NCBI RefSeq assembly: GCF_902652985.1 | Contig: NC_047015.1 | Location: forward strand, 45,756,001-45,820,000 | Source: Pecten maximus | Lineage: Eukaryota | Direction: 5' to 3' | Length of the DNA: 64,000 nucleotides | In this document: one piece after another, positions 14,739 through 27,807 of the stretch | Layout: every line of letters begins with the position of its first letter | Numbering within the stretch: position 1 is the stretch's first letter | Notes under the pieces: generated by a model | What the model saw: only the letters and a program-made list of their open reading frames with translations | Told to the model about the DNA's origin: nothing | The model's database searches: none | Made by a program: the position numbers and the translations under genes

Positions 14739-16871
14739 GTTAAAAACTAACCCTGTCGTACACATCTGATGGGCAATATTAAGTAGGGCATATCACAGGC
14801 AACTGGGACTTCTGGATTTTTAAACATACCTCTTGATTTCCTCCAAGGTTGCTTCAAATAACACCTGGTTTTGATCACATTGCTTCGACAGGTTATTTTA
14901 GTGAACTCAAGACAAAACTAGACAATCGATAGAAATAATTGCGCGTAATTCTTTTTTGTCGATGTGTGTTAATATAACGGACAGTTATAACTTAAGTAGC
15001 CTTTAATTGTTCTATCTATATATAAAATGACACAATTTACATATAGTGTAATGCATTACGTACTAACATATGAAATATATATCATTAAGATACATATACA
15101 TGTATAATGTTATTTTGATAGAGGTTGCTTGAAATAAACGTTGAAACTTCGAAGGTTTCCCAGCGTACCACTTGACCATTACCTCGACTCTGTACTCTAG
15201 ATAACGGCCGTAGACAGTCGTAGTTTTCAGATTACGTCAACGCTTGAGTTTTTCTAAGAAACACTTTCTATGTTTAAAGCATATGAACATGCACATCCTG
15301 TATTTGGTGCAGAATTGTCGAGATATCGGATCCTCACACCAGACACAGGTTTCCGCTTTAAACACGTAAACATACTATCGCGTGCATATCATGTTGATGT
15401 AAATAAAATCTTATAAGTTGTAATTCAATAATTCTATTAAAAAAATATTACGTAGCTTTTTACGCACGTTAAGAACGTCAGTACTGTACTGTTGGGAATT
15501 AATCGAGTGATAAAAGCCAACCCTGTGTGATTTTAAAGGGGCGTTTTAAAGGGTCACAATGTAAACAGATTTTATAACTCTAATTACAATCAGACTATGC
15601 GAGATATGATTTTAATTAGGCAGTACAGAGATCATACTCGTATTTATTTAGATGATATTCTACTTCGATATGGTATATGTTTAATATTTATATTAGCTTC
15701 CAAAATTGATTTTTTTTATTTTGTCTTTTATTTTTTTGTTTTTTGTTTTTGTTTTTTTGTTAAGGATAAAATATATCGAAACACCATATGATTCAAACAG
15801 TTTACACGAATTGAGAAGGTCATCATGGTGTGGCATTATTTGGATGAACTGACAAAATGATATGAGTTGACCCATCTGAAATTGCCATGCTTTTATAATA
15901 AACTGGTCCTCTCTCAATCGTATATCTTCGAGGACAGGTCACGTATTTACACACTTTATGGATACAAAAAGATATCAACATTGTGTTTGTATATTTATAT
16001 ATTTATTTATTTTTCTTGTTATGCCTTACAAGTTTTGTAAAAACTGTATTGTGTATTATTTCGGCATTGTGTTAATTTGATATTTATCAGGGTAAAACAA
16101 CTCTGAATTTAGTACATTGGTCCTCAACTGCACACAATGGTATGATAAGGCTGAAGTACACAACACATTTAATCTCGGTTCAAAGGCTCCTCGATTTCCC
16201 GTTCCCAGAAAGCCTACATGTATATAGTCACGTTAGCCGGATGTTCGTATTCCATTTGATGATGTCGGGTTACTTTCCGAAATAGTTGTACAGTGTTAGT
16301 CTGTTTTGATAGAAATCACCAGAACCCTTCATATGGTGTCCTGTCAGCATGTGCCATCATGGTCACTGTTGATTTTCAGTGTTTTGATCAGTGATGACTA
16401 CCCCCCTAGGCAGCGAACTTAACAGTTGTCGTTTGTATGGAACAGTTATAGAGTCGGTACTTGGTGGGGAATTACCACAGAAAATACAATTATGTTACTA
16501 CAATCGGGTATTTTATAGGGAATTACCACGTAAAGCCACGTCATCAAACTACGTGTTGTTTCCGTAGTGGTATTATGGCATGATATCAACATTTATCTCA
16601 CTTCCGGCTTCGCACTTGGTAATGTTTCCATAGTGATATGATGGTTCGATATGTATAATTTACCTAACTTCCTTTTTCAAACTAGATGTTGTTTCAGTAG
16701 TGACATAGAGGTTCGTCGAAAACCTAGGTTTTCAATTTAAAAATAGGTCAACTGCCATTTCAACGGTTGAATTGATTTGTATATCAATTTCAAAAAGTTT
16801 ATCGGTGAAGAAAACTTCGTTTAAAGGGAGGTAATACAAACAAAATAAACCTAATGATGTTTCGATTTTGT

Positions 16872-17520
16872 AAATGCACTGAAGATGGTTTTAAATATTA
16901 ACTTATTCTTAAATACACTGAATATGGTTTTGAATATCAACTTATTCATAAATATACTGAAGATGGTTTTGAATATCAACTTATTCATAAATATACTGAA
17001 GATCGTTTTGAATATAAACTTATTCTTAAATACACTAAAGATAGTTTTGAATTTAGCTTATTCATAAATGCATTGAAGATGGTTTTAAATATTCACTTAT
17101 TCATAAATACACTGAAGATGGTTTTGAATTTAACTTATTCATAAATTCACTGAAGATGGTTTTGAATTTAACTTATTCATAAATTCACTGAAGATGGTTT
17201 TGAATATTAACTTATTCTTAAATACACTGAATATGGTTTTGAATATCAACTTATACATAAATATACTGAATATGGTTTTGAATTAACCTTATTCATAAAT
17301 ACACTGAAGATGGTTTTGAATTTAACTTATTCATAAGTGCACTGAAGATGGCTTTGAATGTAAACTTATTTATAAGTGCACTGAAGATGGTTTTGAATAT
17401 TAACTTATTCTTTGATACACTGAAAATGGTTTTGAATTTTCATTTATTTATAAATACACTGGAGATGGTTTTGAATATTGACTTATTCATAAATATACTG
17501 AGGGTGGTTTTAAATATTGA
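16872..17520. repeat. ~39-bp AT-rich minisatellite, ~16 copies
   Basis: Unit GAAGATGGTTTTGAATATTAACTTATTCATAAATACACT; 13-aa periodicity in the spurious ORFs. Confidence 0.93.
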
Positions 17521-18953
17521 CTTTCCTGCGATGCTGGATGTCTTGAATGTATAACTGTATTGACTTACTGATAAACTACAACTATGTCAGGTGTTTTTGA
17601 ATTTTGTGTTACATACAATCTAATATATGTTTAAGGATTACAGTGTCGCCCTGGTAGTTATAATAGTATCGATACAATACTGAACTTTACCATGTGATAA
17701 AACTGCCAGAAATGAAGATCGTTATATTTTCTTGCGAACGAATGACACACATGTAGGTTTTACAAAGATTTACAGTATTTCGTGCATGGACATTATATAT
17801 GTGACCAATATGTGATTCTGCGACCCTCTTACACACTGTACCTGGTACCGAAATCACAGTAACAGGTCAAGACGAATCATGACAAGGGATTCACATTCTG
17901 CGATTGACCGATGACATACATGTACACTCTTCAATTTCCATTCAATTTGCTTATTAACTTTGATACCCAATTGTGAGATCGGACAGTTATGAAAATATTC
18001 ATAATTTTTTTTGATGAAACTTAATCAACATTCCGTACATCCAATTAACAACCTCGCTTTGTCATTTATATTGACAATAAATACAATCTAACACGCGTTT
18101 AATTGTGAAGTAACCAAATGTGTTACGTACTGCCAATAATTGCAAAACTTATATGTACCTGTGTGTCGATCGTTCGCCACCTTCATATAGTACCAATTTC
18201 TGGTGTACGGGTATATAACGTATGTTATGAAGATGACGGGTGCTTTGACAATTGACCTATTTATGGGGTATACTGACTTATCGACGGAAAAGTACACACG
18301 TACTTCTCTCTCTTCGGGAACAATAACATTTCCCGGCCCACTTGTCATAAATATTGTTAGAAATCCGACTTCGTTTCGTTTATGATGACTTTTACAGACT
18401 TTAATCACGTATGTCAACATGAAACTACGCTAAATCGGAGGCAATTACCATATTGCCGTTTGTGTACTACGGTCAGAAGCTAGTGTAGTGAATTGGTGAT
18501 TTTTAATATAAAAGGATGAGCAGTGGGATTGGATAACGGTCTCGATCTGTATAAATATTGTCATGGGGATTATATATTGACAATCTGCCTCCATAGTAAA
18601 CAAACTTAATTTATTGCCGTTTCTTTTCACTCATTAAATCCTCGAGGCATAATCTGTATTGAATCTGTCAAGAAAAACAAAATTACGTATTCGGTTTGGA
18701 GGCAGAGAAGTCGGGCAGACAGGCAGTCAGCATCCAGTGAGTCTTCTGCGCAGGAACGTTTGTAGCTGTAGTCTCTAAATTCTAGTCCAACATTCTGTGG
18801 AAAAACATCAGAGTTAATCGACGGAATGTCGTCCAGTCTTTCTTTGCATCGACTGAAGCCACAATATGTATGCCATGTTCATTTTGTGTTGACCGAAGGT
18901 CTATTGATATATTGAATTAACAATGTAACGCTGGTCCTTTTAGTGGCTCAAAA

Positions 18954-20274
18954 ATGCACGGAAAACTGATGTTTATGGTATTCTTAGTCTGGCTATTTGG
19001 GAGAAATGTGACTCCTGTTATGCTTCCGGAAGCACAAAGACTGTACAAACAACTGTTTCGGAACTACACTGTAGCACTTCGGCCAGTTTTGAACCAGAGC
19101 AAAGCCGGTGGAGGTTCGTGTGTCCATGGGGATAATGTCCATTAACGACTTGGATGAACTATCGGGTACAATAACTCTGACTGTCATTTTTAATTCCGTT
19201 TGGAAAGAGGAAAGATTTACATGGAACCCTGAACATTGTGGTGGTCTGAAATCACTTACACTTCCTCAGGAATCCGTGTGGCTACCGGAAATGGTTCTCA
19301 CCACGGCAGCGGACGACACCGTACATATATCAACAAAGGGTAACTTCAAGGTGCGCGTGGACTTCACGGGTCTGATGAATTGGTGGAGGATTGGGATCAT
19401 TAAGTCGGCATGTGTAGCGGATGTGACGTATTTTCCGTACGATGTTCAAAAATGTCATGTGGTCCTCTCTCCTTTTGGATACCAGACAGAGGAAATCAGC
19501 CTAGTTCCAATGCGGGACACCATTTCGTTTGACCATTTCTCTAACAACGGTCAGTGGAAAGTGAAATCTTCGTCGGTGGAGGTAAATTCCCTCCCGATAA
19601 CAAAAGACAATCTGGAGGATAGTGTGGGATTTGCCAATTTTACTATAGAGATTGAGAGAAAGCCATTATACTTCGTTGTGTCAGTGATTATCCCTATAAT
19701 GCTTCTGACCCTGCTCAACCCATGCGTGTTCGCTCTCCCTATAGAGTCCGGTGAACGTGTGTCCTTCGCTATAACTGTACTATTATCATTCGCGGTATTT
19801 GAGTCCATGGTGAGCGACTACATGCCCCAGGGATCTGATCCTATGTCATTGCTCTCTCTATTCCTGGTGATAACGTTGATGGACAGCACTCTTATCACCA
19901 TAACAACCATCATGCTTCACGCCACATATCACAAGGATGAGGCCGACGCTATACCGGAAGTGCTAGTTCATATGCATCTCTTTATTCGGCAACGTACACT
20001 GTCGCGGAAAATATCTCCAATCTGCCCTAGGCCTGAAGAGACGATATCCGAATTACCGGAGATGGATAGTAAGTCAAAGTATGGACAATCTGAAAAATCA
20101 GAATCTAAACTGGCTGCCAGTGTCAACGATATCAAGACCGAAATCCGTTCAGGTCCCGAAGAGGCCGCTGTGAATTGGCGACAAATTACGGAAACGTTTG
20201 ATCGTGTATTCCTCACAGTGTTTCTGTTGTTTAATTTCCTGTTTTGTTTGGTGTTTTTCCTGTATATATCTTAG
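18954..20274 (+). CDS. Cys-loop LGIC / nAChR-like non-alpha subunit (gene 1); intronless; 1-bp frameshift at ~19101-19103 (assembly error or pseudogene); ~439 aa if corrected
   Basis: Signal peptide MHGKLMFMVFLVWLFG, then ...LFRNYTVALRPVLNQSK. Removing one A from AGC-AAAG-CCG joins this to ORF 19108-20274 (PVEVRVSM...). Cys-loop CVADVTYFPYDVQKC, M1-M4, M2 entry SGERVSFAITVLLSF. Confidence 0.9.
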
Positions 20275-23200
20275 TGAGTTTACTAGACATTTCAGCTGAG
20301 CACTAAAGAGGCTAAGTAAGACTTTCTAGCGACACATCTTTACAATAATTCAGTGAGCCGTTTAACGGAGTTCGACACTCAGCAGAGGGACAGAGGGACA
20401 ATTATTGCTATTATTATTATTATTTTTTGGGATTTTTTTTGTAAATACAAGTAAAAAACAGACTGGGTGCACTGGAATTTGAGTTTTGGTGAATGAGTTG
20501 GGTATCCAAATTATACTTCATCAGAAAAAACAACAACACTATTTATTATTTATTTTCTCACTATGTTGAGCGTAGAACTCTTCGTATGTCGTGTAAATAC
20601 AATTTTATTGACTTTAGACTTATAATGTGACAGAGCCTCTGATTGTATTACATCCTGTGTGACATGTCTGACAGGAATGTTGTGTCTCGCCTAGGGTCGA
20701 CTCCATGTGGAGGTATCACAGCCGCCAATCTACCCACTACAATGACCTGTGTCCGTGTCCGGTATGAGTTGGCGTCCCGTAAAAAGGTGAGGAGCCGGGT
20801 TCAAGCCCATCATGTACCTAATCTGATGTTTTAAATGCCTCGTCACATCATGATATCGAGATATTTTTCATTTGAAGCATCACATTAGCTGCAAACCTGT
20901 TTGAATACGGATTCCCGCATATCCGGGTGTTGCTTTCGGGAAAGATAATTCGTACCAGATACTGATACTCATTTTTTTCTTGTCATAACACTAAGCCTAT
21001 GAGTAGGTTTATTGCATGGTAGCTGTCTTTATATCAGTACCAAACCTAATTATAAACGTTTACCAGCGACACTCGACGACTTCACGCTTTGTGACGAGTT
21101 ACTGAAATACTGTTGTGACGTATATCAATTCATCGTTGATATAGCTACTCTTGTAAAATAAAAATAACATTTTTTGCTAATAAGAAGTTTTCGTTTTCGC
21201 TTTAGTATCCAATAAGGATTGCAGGAGACATTAAATTTGTGTTTGGGTGGAATTATGGGAAACCAGAGCATTGAGAAACAAGTGTGCTTTCTTTCCATCA
21301 CGGATATAGCAGTTTTCTTGGAAGTGGGTACAGAGTCTGATTCTGATTCATAAAATTGACATACAGTTTAGTTTCTTTGTACCGGAGTAAGTTATGTTAA
21401 ATGTGAAGGGAAGTACTCCAGACGAGACAATAAAACGTGATTTTTTTTGTTGTATATAAAAAGGGGATGTGTAGTCTAAAAGGCAGACTTTTCTACAAAC
21501 ATATATTCTCATCCGTTTGAGTTACACAGCTACATGTATTGTAATAAAGCCTTTACGCTATGAGTCACGGTTGCCGTTCAAGTTTATGTAGTTATAAGCC
21601 ATTGTTTAGGTAGGATCGCCCCTATATCACTAGTTACCTCCCTTTGCCCGTGTGTGACAAGGCTGTTGCGATCCCTAGACCTTGACTAAGGGTAGGTAAC
21701 TCGGATATGCCTTCTACTCCGAAGCAGTAAAAATTATGAATATCTCTATGTTCGCGTTTCAAGAAGGAGCATCCTATCAAACGGCTCGGCCAGCTGCCAA
21801 CAAAGTTTTAATATACATCGTATTGGCAAATACCGTCGTATACATTTTTTTTATATACATCGTATACATGATAAAGGCGGTGTAGTGTGTGCAAAATTGG
21901 ACCATTTAGTACTGAAATTTCCCTGAAATAAAGTTTTCTAGCGTAAATTTCGACAGAGGTTTTCATACATGATTATCCCACTTGGTACATGCATGCCGAT
22001 ACATCAGGTGAAGACGTTGTGGCAAGTATCGAATTAAGGAACAATGTGTGACCTGTATTTGACCTTTGACCTCAATCACTGAAATAAAGATTTTCAGAAC
22101 ATATAACAGCCATAGTAGTTATAAATTGACTTCAAAATAAGCATGCAAGTAAATAATTAGAGTTCACAGTATCATATTCCAAAATTGGAAAATCGCAACA
22201 TATGTTTGGCTGTCGATACGTTGAGACCTAAGACTTTATTGGAAGTGAAACCTGGTATTACAGTAACCGTATTCATTTGACTTGACATAAAGTCCCAGAA
22301 TGCTGGTTTCCCGCGGTGTATTTCGGCAATATTCCATGTTAAGACTTTGTATGAAGGTACCTTCACAGTACTATACATACTATTTTGGGAACAACGTTGA
22401 CCTTGACCTCAAATACTGACGTACAGGTTCATCATGGTCAACAAGCTGGGGTCATCACGATCTGTAGGCTGTATACTTCAAGCAAAAATGTAATTACCAT
22501 TTATTGACTAACAATAGTTCTAATTAACGAACATAAACATACTGTACATATGTTGTTTAAGTTCGTACTTCAGTTAAATATTGATTCCGATCACACACCC
22601 CACATTACTTAACAACCATTAACTCCAGAACGTTCTCTTATCTAATTGAGATATTATTTTAACTTAATCATGCATGCGGTCATCAATAGGTTTTTCGCTG
22701 CTCTGCGGCCTGGAAAATGTCCAATTTGAATGACGTATTGTAAGTTAAAGCACAGGTCAGAGTCGTTAATTGGTTTGATGTTTTTAGATATCGACCAAAA
22801 TGGTTCAGCACACAATGGTGCCGTGGAGATACACATCTCACGGACGAGGTTGGCTAACTCCAGGCAATAATATTTCGGTGTCACCACGACACCATGTACC
22901 CAATGTAAAATGAGCTTTCCTGTTCAGGTCTGAGATCGGTTCTGATTTTTGATCCCAGAACATATAGGTCATCTCAACATCTTATACAACACATGGACGT
23001 ACCCCTGTACTGTCCTTACGGCCGTCTATTGTAGTGATACTACCGATATTGATAAATCGATACGTCAGTAGATCTCCGAGTATGTGTTTTAACTCGATGT
23101 GTACTATTAAGTAATATACGTTTTAATTTTCGAAAATATTTGATAAAACAAATTTATTCCAGATCGAGATCGTCTTAATCATATTAATTGATGTAATCGT

Positions 23201-24868
23201 AGTAACAGTTAATTAATTATTATCAACAATGTTGGTATAGGATGGGATGGAATTAGATGAGGGTACATGTATCTATTTATGGTAGACAATTAAGGCGTAT
23301 CTATTTACCAAGCTAGGCAATTACTTATTCAAAATTACTACTAAACTTACGATTGTCTAATCAAAATATATGGACAGTTTGTTTACAGCATGTAATATAA
23401 AAATTTAATCAAATAATTATAAATTTTTACAAAAACCACTGGCTATAATAACTAGTACATTATTGCAGCCTTGTCGCCTTATCTAGTATGTTTACGAATA
23501 TACCGACGTTATATAACGTTCCTGTTATGTTTTAGAGTAATCCACATCTTAAAGATATGTTAATGTCAATACAGTTATGAAAGGAAGAATGAAAAGAAAC
23601 TTTCAATTCCGATAACCATCGTACGATCGATGTAAAATAAACAACACGAACAGTTATTAAAAATATATAAAGTTATCAAATGTTGTCATACTAAAACAAA
23701 GAGAAAGTATTTAGGTTGGGTGTCCCCTGTCAAATTAATCACAAGCAAGTGTTGTTGTTTTTTTTCTTTTCATAATATTACAACACATATAATTTAGAAT
23801 GCAGATCCGTTTTTGTCACTGTTTATACCCCATCACCATTTTTTGTTGTTGTAATTCTCAGGAATGTAGGAATGCTGTGTTGTATTATTCTCTCCTGACA
23901 AATACAGCTTGTAATTGAGACTTGTTTCGTGTGCGTTATGCGCCAACTTAATTGATTTAGAATATTTTCTGTTTGGTAAACGGCTGCAAAAAAAAAATTC
24001 AAGGGATACACTAAATAAATAAAATACAACATGAACGTAAAATTTAAGCATTTATTACGAAACGGTACACATTTAAAATTACGACAATAATAGAGAAAAG
24101 AAACAATTGAAATTAACGGCGTGACGCCAAGGAAAGAGTTGGTGTTGACTAGAGGCGTGACGCTGCGTGAACAACAACAAGACGACAATAGGCGTGACGT
24201 CATAGGAAATAGAAGCAACGCCCTGAGGCGTGCACGTGACGTCATAGTTAAAACAAAAGCGATGTCAAGAAGCGTGACGTCGGCAGAGGCGCGCCGCCAG
24301 AGGGAAGAGAGGCAACGTCCTGAGACATGACGTCATAGAAAAAGCATAGTCGACGTCAGGAGGCATGCCGTCATAGGAAGGAGGCGTGTGTTGTCAAGTG
24401 GGTCTGAGGGGAAAGATTGGTTTGAAATTGTTTGCGTCCTTTTAACACAATAATGTAATTTAGGGACAGGTCAAGATATAGAGAATACATGGTCAGTGCC
24501 TTAAAATATAAGCTGTATTTTGGCGAGGGTAAAGAAAGACAAAAATGGCGAGCCTTGGCCTAGAGCTTATATTTTAAGACACTGTTTATCCTGCAACAAT
24601 GAAAAAATAATCATCAAAAATAATCATTTTGAAGTGAAACGGTGTCAAAAATGACAGAAATATGTTCGCCTTTTAAACGTTGTTTCACTTTGAAGTAGGT
24701 CAGTCGAATTGACGCACGTGCTAAGATTCCAAAATACAGCTGTTTTCCGTTACTGCCGTATACAGCGAAAATATATAGGGTGGGTGTATTCCGACAATGC
24801 GCTGGCAGTTGCAGGATAAAAAGAGATATACAATGACTAGAAGCGTAACAAAGAGAGGAAGATTTCGA

Positions 24869-26731
24869 CTAGAGGCGTGCCGCAAGTGGAAAGAGAAAGA
24901 ACGTAGAAATAAGCACGTTAACAACCAGATAGGACAACAGGAATATTTTATCTAATGTTAACGAAACCTGTTTCCATGTGAGTTGTTTACTAGATAATTC
25001 CTGTGATATCCGGTTCCGGTCTCGTCCTGATTTACGAGACTGAGCTGATCCTTGTTTTTTACTGAGACCATCTGTATCTTTTGCATTGTCTGAAATCACA
25101 ACACAAGTCTGTGCGTGTTTGTTTTGTTGTTGACTTTTGCCACGAGACCGGATACTGGAAGTCCGCCATTGTTTATCACTGGTGAAACCCTTGGCCTCGT
25201 TTTCATTACTATCGTTTTCATTTCTCCAGTGAACACTCTTTTGACTTGACCTCCTGACATTGACGTTGGATATTTTGCCTGTATTTTCATCGGGATGCAA
25301 AGTAGAATTTCCTAGCTGTCCTTCATGTATGTTTAAAGTCTCATTGTCTTTATGAAGCACGGGCGAAACCTTCCTTGCACGTTTGACCTTGGAGGAGCTG
25401 GAGGAGCTGGACGAGCCTGAAGACTCGCTGGTCTGTCTCGCTAAACCAGTAATCTGTCTCTCAACACCGACATCGCTCTGTTCCGACACCTCTATCGAAG
25501 TTTGTGATAGAATGGATACTTGACGATTAATTTCTGGATACATATACCTTATGTCCGAAGCCTCGTTATCCGGACAACAAGGACTCCTTTGGGGGTCAAT
25601 AATGATGCTATTCCTCCGTTCAGGATCCGGAGGTGCTACCGTTATGCGGGTAATATGGCTACACTTTTTCTTCCTTTTGGTTTTGGTTTTTCTAATAATA
25701 CCCGATATCAGTATATGTAAGTATTTTGGAATTTTGTCATTGTTTGTCTTAAAATAGAGGGATACTGATAAAATGGCTGACACAGAGACGAAGACACTGT
25801 ATATCATCTGCCACATGAAGAAGTAGCCGAGATAGGTCATTGTGTCCGAAGCCCTCGGTAGGAATGATATGGTGTATATAAAATAGAACGACAAAGTTAT
25901 AAATCCTATCGAGACCATCTGTCCGCGACCTTCCTCTGCAGGAATCATGAAGGAACACGTGATCAATACCGTTATCAGAAGGACAGGAAGGAGCAGATTG
26001 ATGACGAAATACACAGGTTTACGTGACATTTTAATCTCAAAATGAATAACGGAACTGTGTTGTGAAAGCGTATTATACACTTTCGTTTGATCAACGTTCC
26101 ATTCTGTATTAGTATTTAGAGAGACAATATCAATGTTTCCCTCACCTTTTGTAGTACCGAGCTTTACTTCACTTGGTTTGTATCCCACAATTCCAAAGGA
26201 AATATTGCACGTTTGAACGTCAAATGGAAAGTACTGAACATTTGTCGTGCACAACGACTTCGTCATTATCATAGGCTTCCAAGTCATTTCACCACTATCG
26301 TTAATTATAATGACGTCACTTCCGGAATTTATCACGCCAGTATCTTCGAATGGATTGGTGACGACAACTGGAGGAATCCAAACGTCTGAAGATCTCATTC
26401 TTATGTTCTTTATGTCCTTGAAGCTTTCCGAATAGTTTTTCCACGATAAAAGTCTGTCCGTCCATTTTATCTCTAAATGTCCGATTGTGTGAAGGGCACC
26501 TAAAACACAATCCAGTTCAGTGACGGAGTGAAGTGTCAAACTCGCTCGAACGTCCACTTTGTCTTCTAAATTACTGACCGGACGGATATGTACACTATAC
26601 TTTGAAAAAATATCGGAATCGAAGAAACTTAGCATGGTTTGACTAGTCACTGTTGTAAGGTTGTCGGCTGAAATACAGGAGCTCAGGACGACACATGTCA
26701 GCAGAATTGACGAGTACAGCGGTGCAGGCAT
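24869..26731 (-). CDS. Cys-loop LGIC / nAChR-like subunit (gene 2); intronless; ~620 aa (alternative ATG at 26761); very long Ser-rich M3-M4 loop
   Basis: Signal MPAPLYSSILLTCVVLSSCISA; YSVHIRPV; WIPPVVVTN; Cys-loop CTTNVQYFPFDVQTC; RKPVYFVINLLLP (M1); WKQVSLTLDKIFL (MA/M4). Confidence 0.93.
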   Translation of the reverse strand: MPAPLYSSILLTCVVLSSCISADNLTTVTSQTMLSFFDSDIFSKYSVHIRPVSNLEDKVDVRASLTLHSVTELDCVLGALHTIGHLEIKWTDRLLSWKNYSESFKDIKNIRMRSSDVWIPPVVVTNPFEDTGVINSGSDVIIINDSGEMTWKPMIMTKSLCTTNVQYFPFDVQTCNISFGIVGYKPSEVKLGTTKGEGNIDIVSLNTNTEWNVDQTKVYNTLSQHSSVIHFEIKMSRKPVYFVINLLLPVLLITVLITCSFMIPAEEGRGQMVSIGFITLSFYFIYTISFLPRASDTMTYLGYFFMWQMIYSVFVSVSAILSVSLYFKTNNDKIPKYLHILISGIIRKTKTKRKKKCSHITRITVAPPDPERRNSIIIDPQRSPCCPDNEASDIRYMYPEINRQVSILSQTSIEVSEQSDVGVERQITGLARQTSESSGSSSSSSSSKVKRARKVSPVLHKDNETLNIHEGQLGNSTLHPDENTGKISNVNVRRSSQKSVHWRNENDSNENEAKGFTSDKQWRTSSIRSRGKSQQQNKHAQTCVVISDNAKDTDGLSKKQGSAQSRKSGRDRNRISQELSSKQLTWKQVSLTLDKIFLLSYLVVNVLISTFFLFPLAARL

Positions 26732-27580
26732 CGAGAACCTGTGTAGTTGTCCTCCCGACATCAACACAATAAAATGGCAAAGCAATTAAAAGAGGAGGGC
26801 ACCTGTAGGGTGACGCAATTTTAAATTTCCATCCTTTAGTTTGATAACATAAGCAGTGAGATTGTTCATTGTAAATAATGAGGTCAGACAGAAGTTCGAA
26901 GCCATAATTATTGTGTATGAATGGTGTCCCTTACAGGTGTAGGATCCAACACCCTAAAGCTCCTCCGTGTTTACAAAACCCCAGGCATGTTCTATTATGT
27001 GACGTCACATAAACACCTTTCTCCTGCTCCGCCCGAGCGGATAATTCGTTAGGTGATGTGTGGCTAATGTCTCGGGCTCTACAGGTTTACATTGTTGATG
27101 AAAACCTACCAGGTCCACAAAGGTCGATTAAAAGTGAAGATATGGAGTTATCATTTCATCACCGGGCGTTTCGGGTATAATAAATGTATTTTTGATCCAA
27201 GCTGAACAATCTAGATCTAGATAAATGATACGCATGTACGGGTGGGTATACACAGCGTAAGGGGAAGTGGTTTTTTCTCAGGTGTTAACCTGCTACTTTT
27301 AATTATGTGGTAGGTTTAGAGAATACTGGGAAATATTAGAGTGAAACGAATAAAGAATACTGGTAATATTTAGATTAATGGCGAATAAAGAATATTTCTA
27401 GGGAGTATCGGAATAACTGCAAATAAACAATACTACTCGGGAATACTACTAAGGAATATTAGTATAATGGTGAATAAAGATTTCTTGGTGACATTTAAGA
27501 TAATGCCAAGATTAAGATACTGGTATATATGATATTTGGAATGCTATCAGAATGTACATATATATAATAATGATAAGATA

Positions 27581-27735
27581 TACAGTGGACCCGCGATAAT
27601 CCGGACGCCGATAGTCCGGAAAACTCACAATCCGGACGGAAATGTCCGGGAACGGATTTCCGTAACGTAATTTGTACTGACCAGTCCGGAAATTCGGATT
27701 CCGAATCCCCGGAACTCCATTTTGGGAACGGAATG
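27581..27735 (+). mobile_element. Left end of a Tc1/mariner-pogo (Tigger-like) MITE/DNA transposon remnant
   Basis: Begins TA-CAGTGGACCCGCGATAATCCGGA with repeated TCCGGA sub-terminal motifs; no matching right TIR seen. Confidence 0.5.
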
Positions 27736-27807
27736 TAATATCAGTAGTAAAATTCCCACAGTAATCCAGACGATTTTTCTCGCCACGTATAGCGACAAAA
27801 AAATACT

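Noticed and set aside
21770-22480. Possible Helentron-associated non-autonomous element (GACCTTGACCT motifs)
   Set aside because: Termini and sub-terminal repeats could not be defined by eye. The short-motif patches at 10385-10450, 11570-11720 and 35485-35570 were likewise left uncalled.
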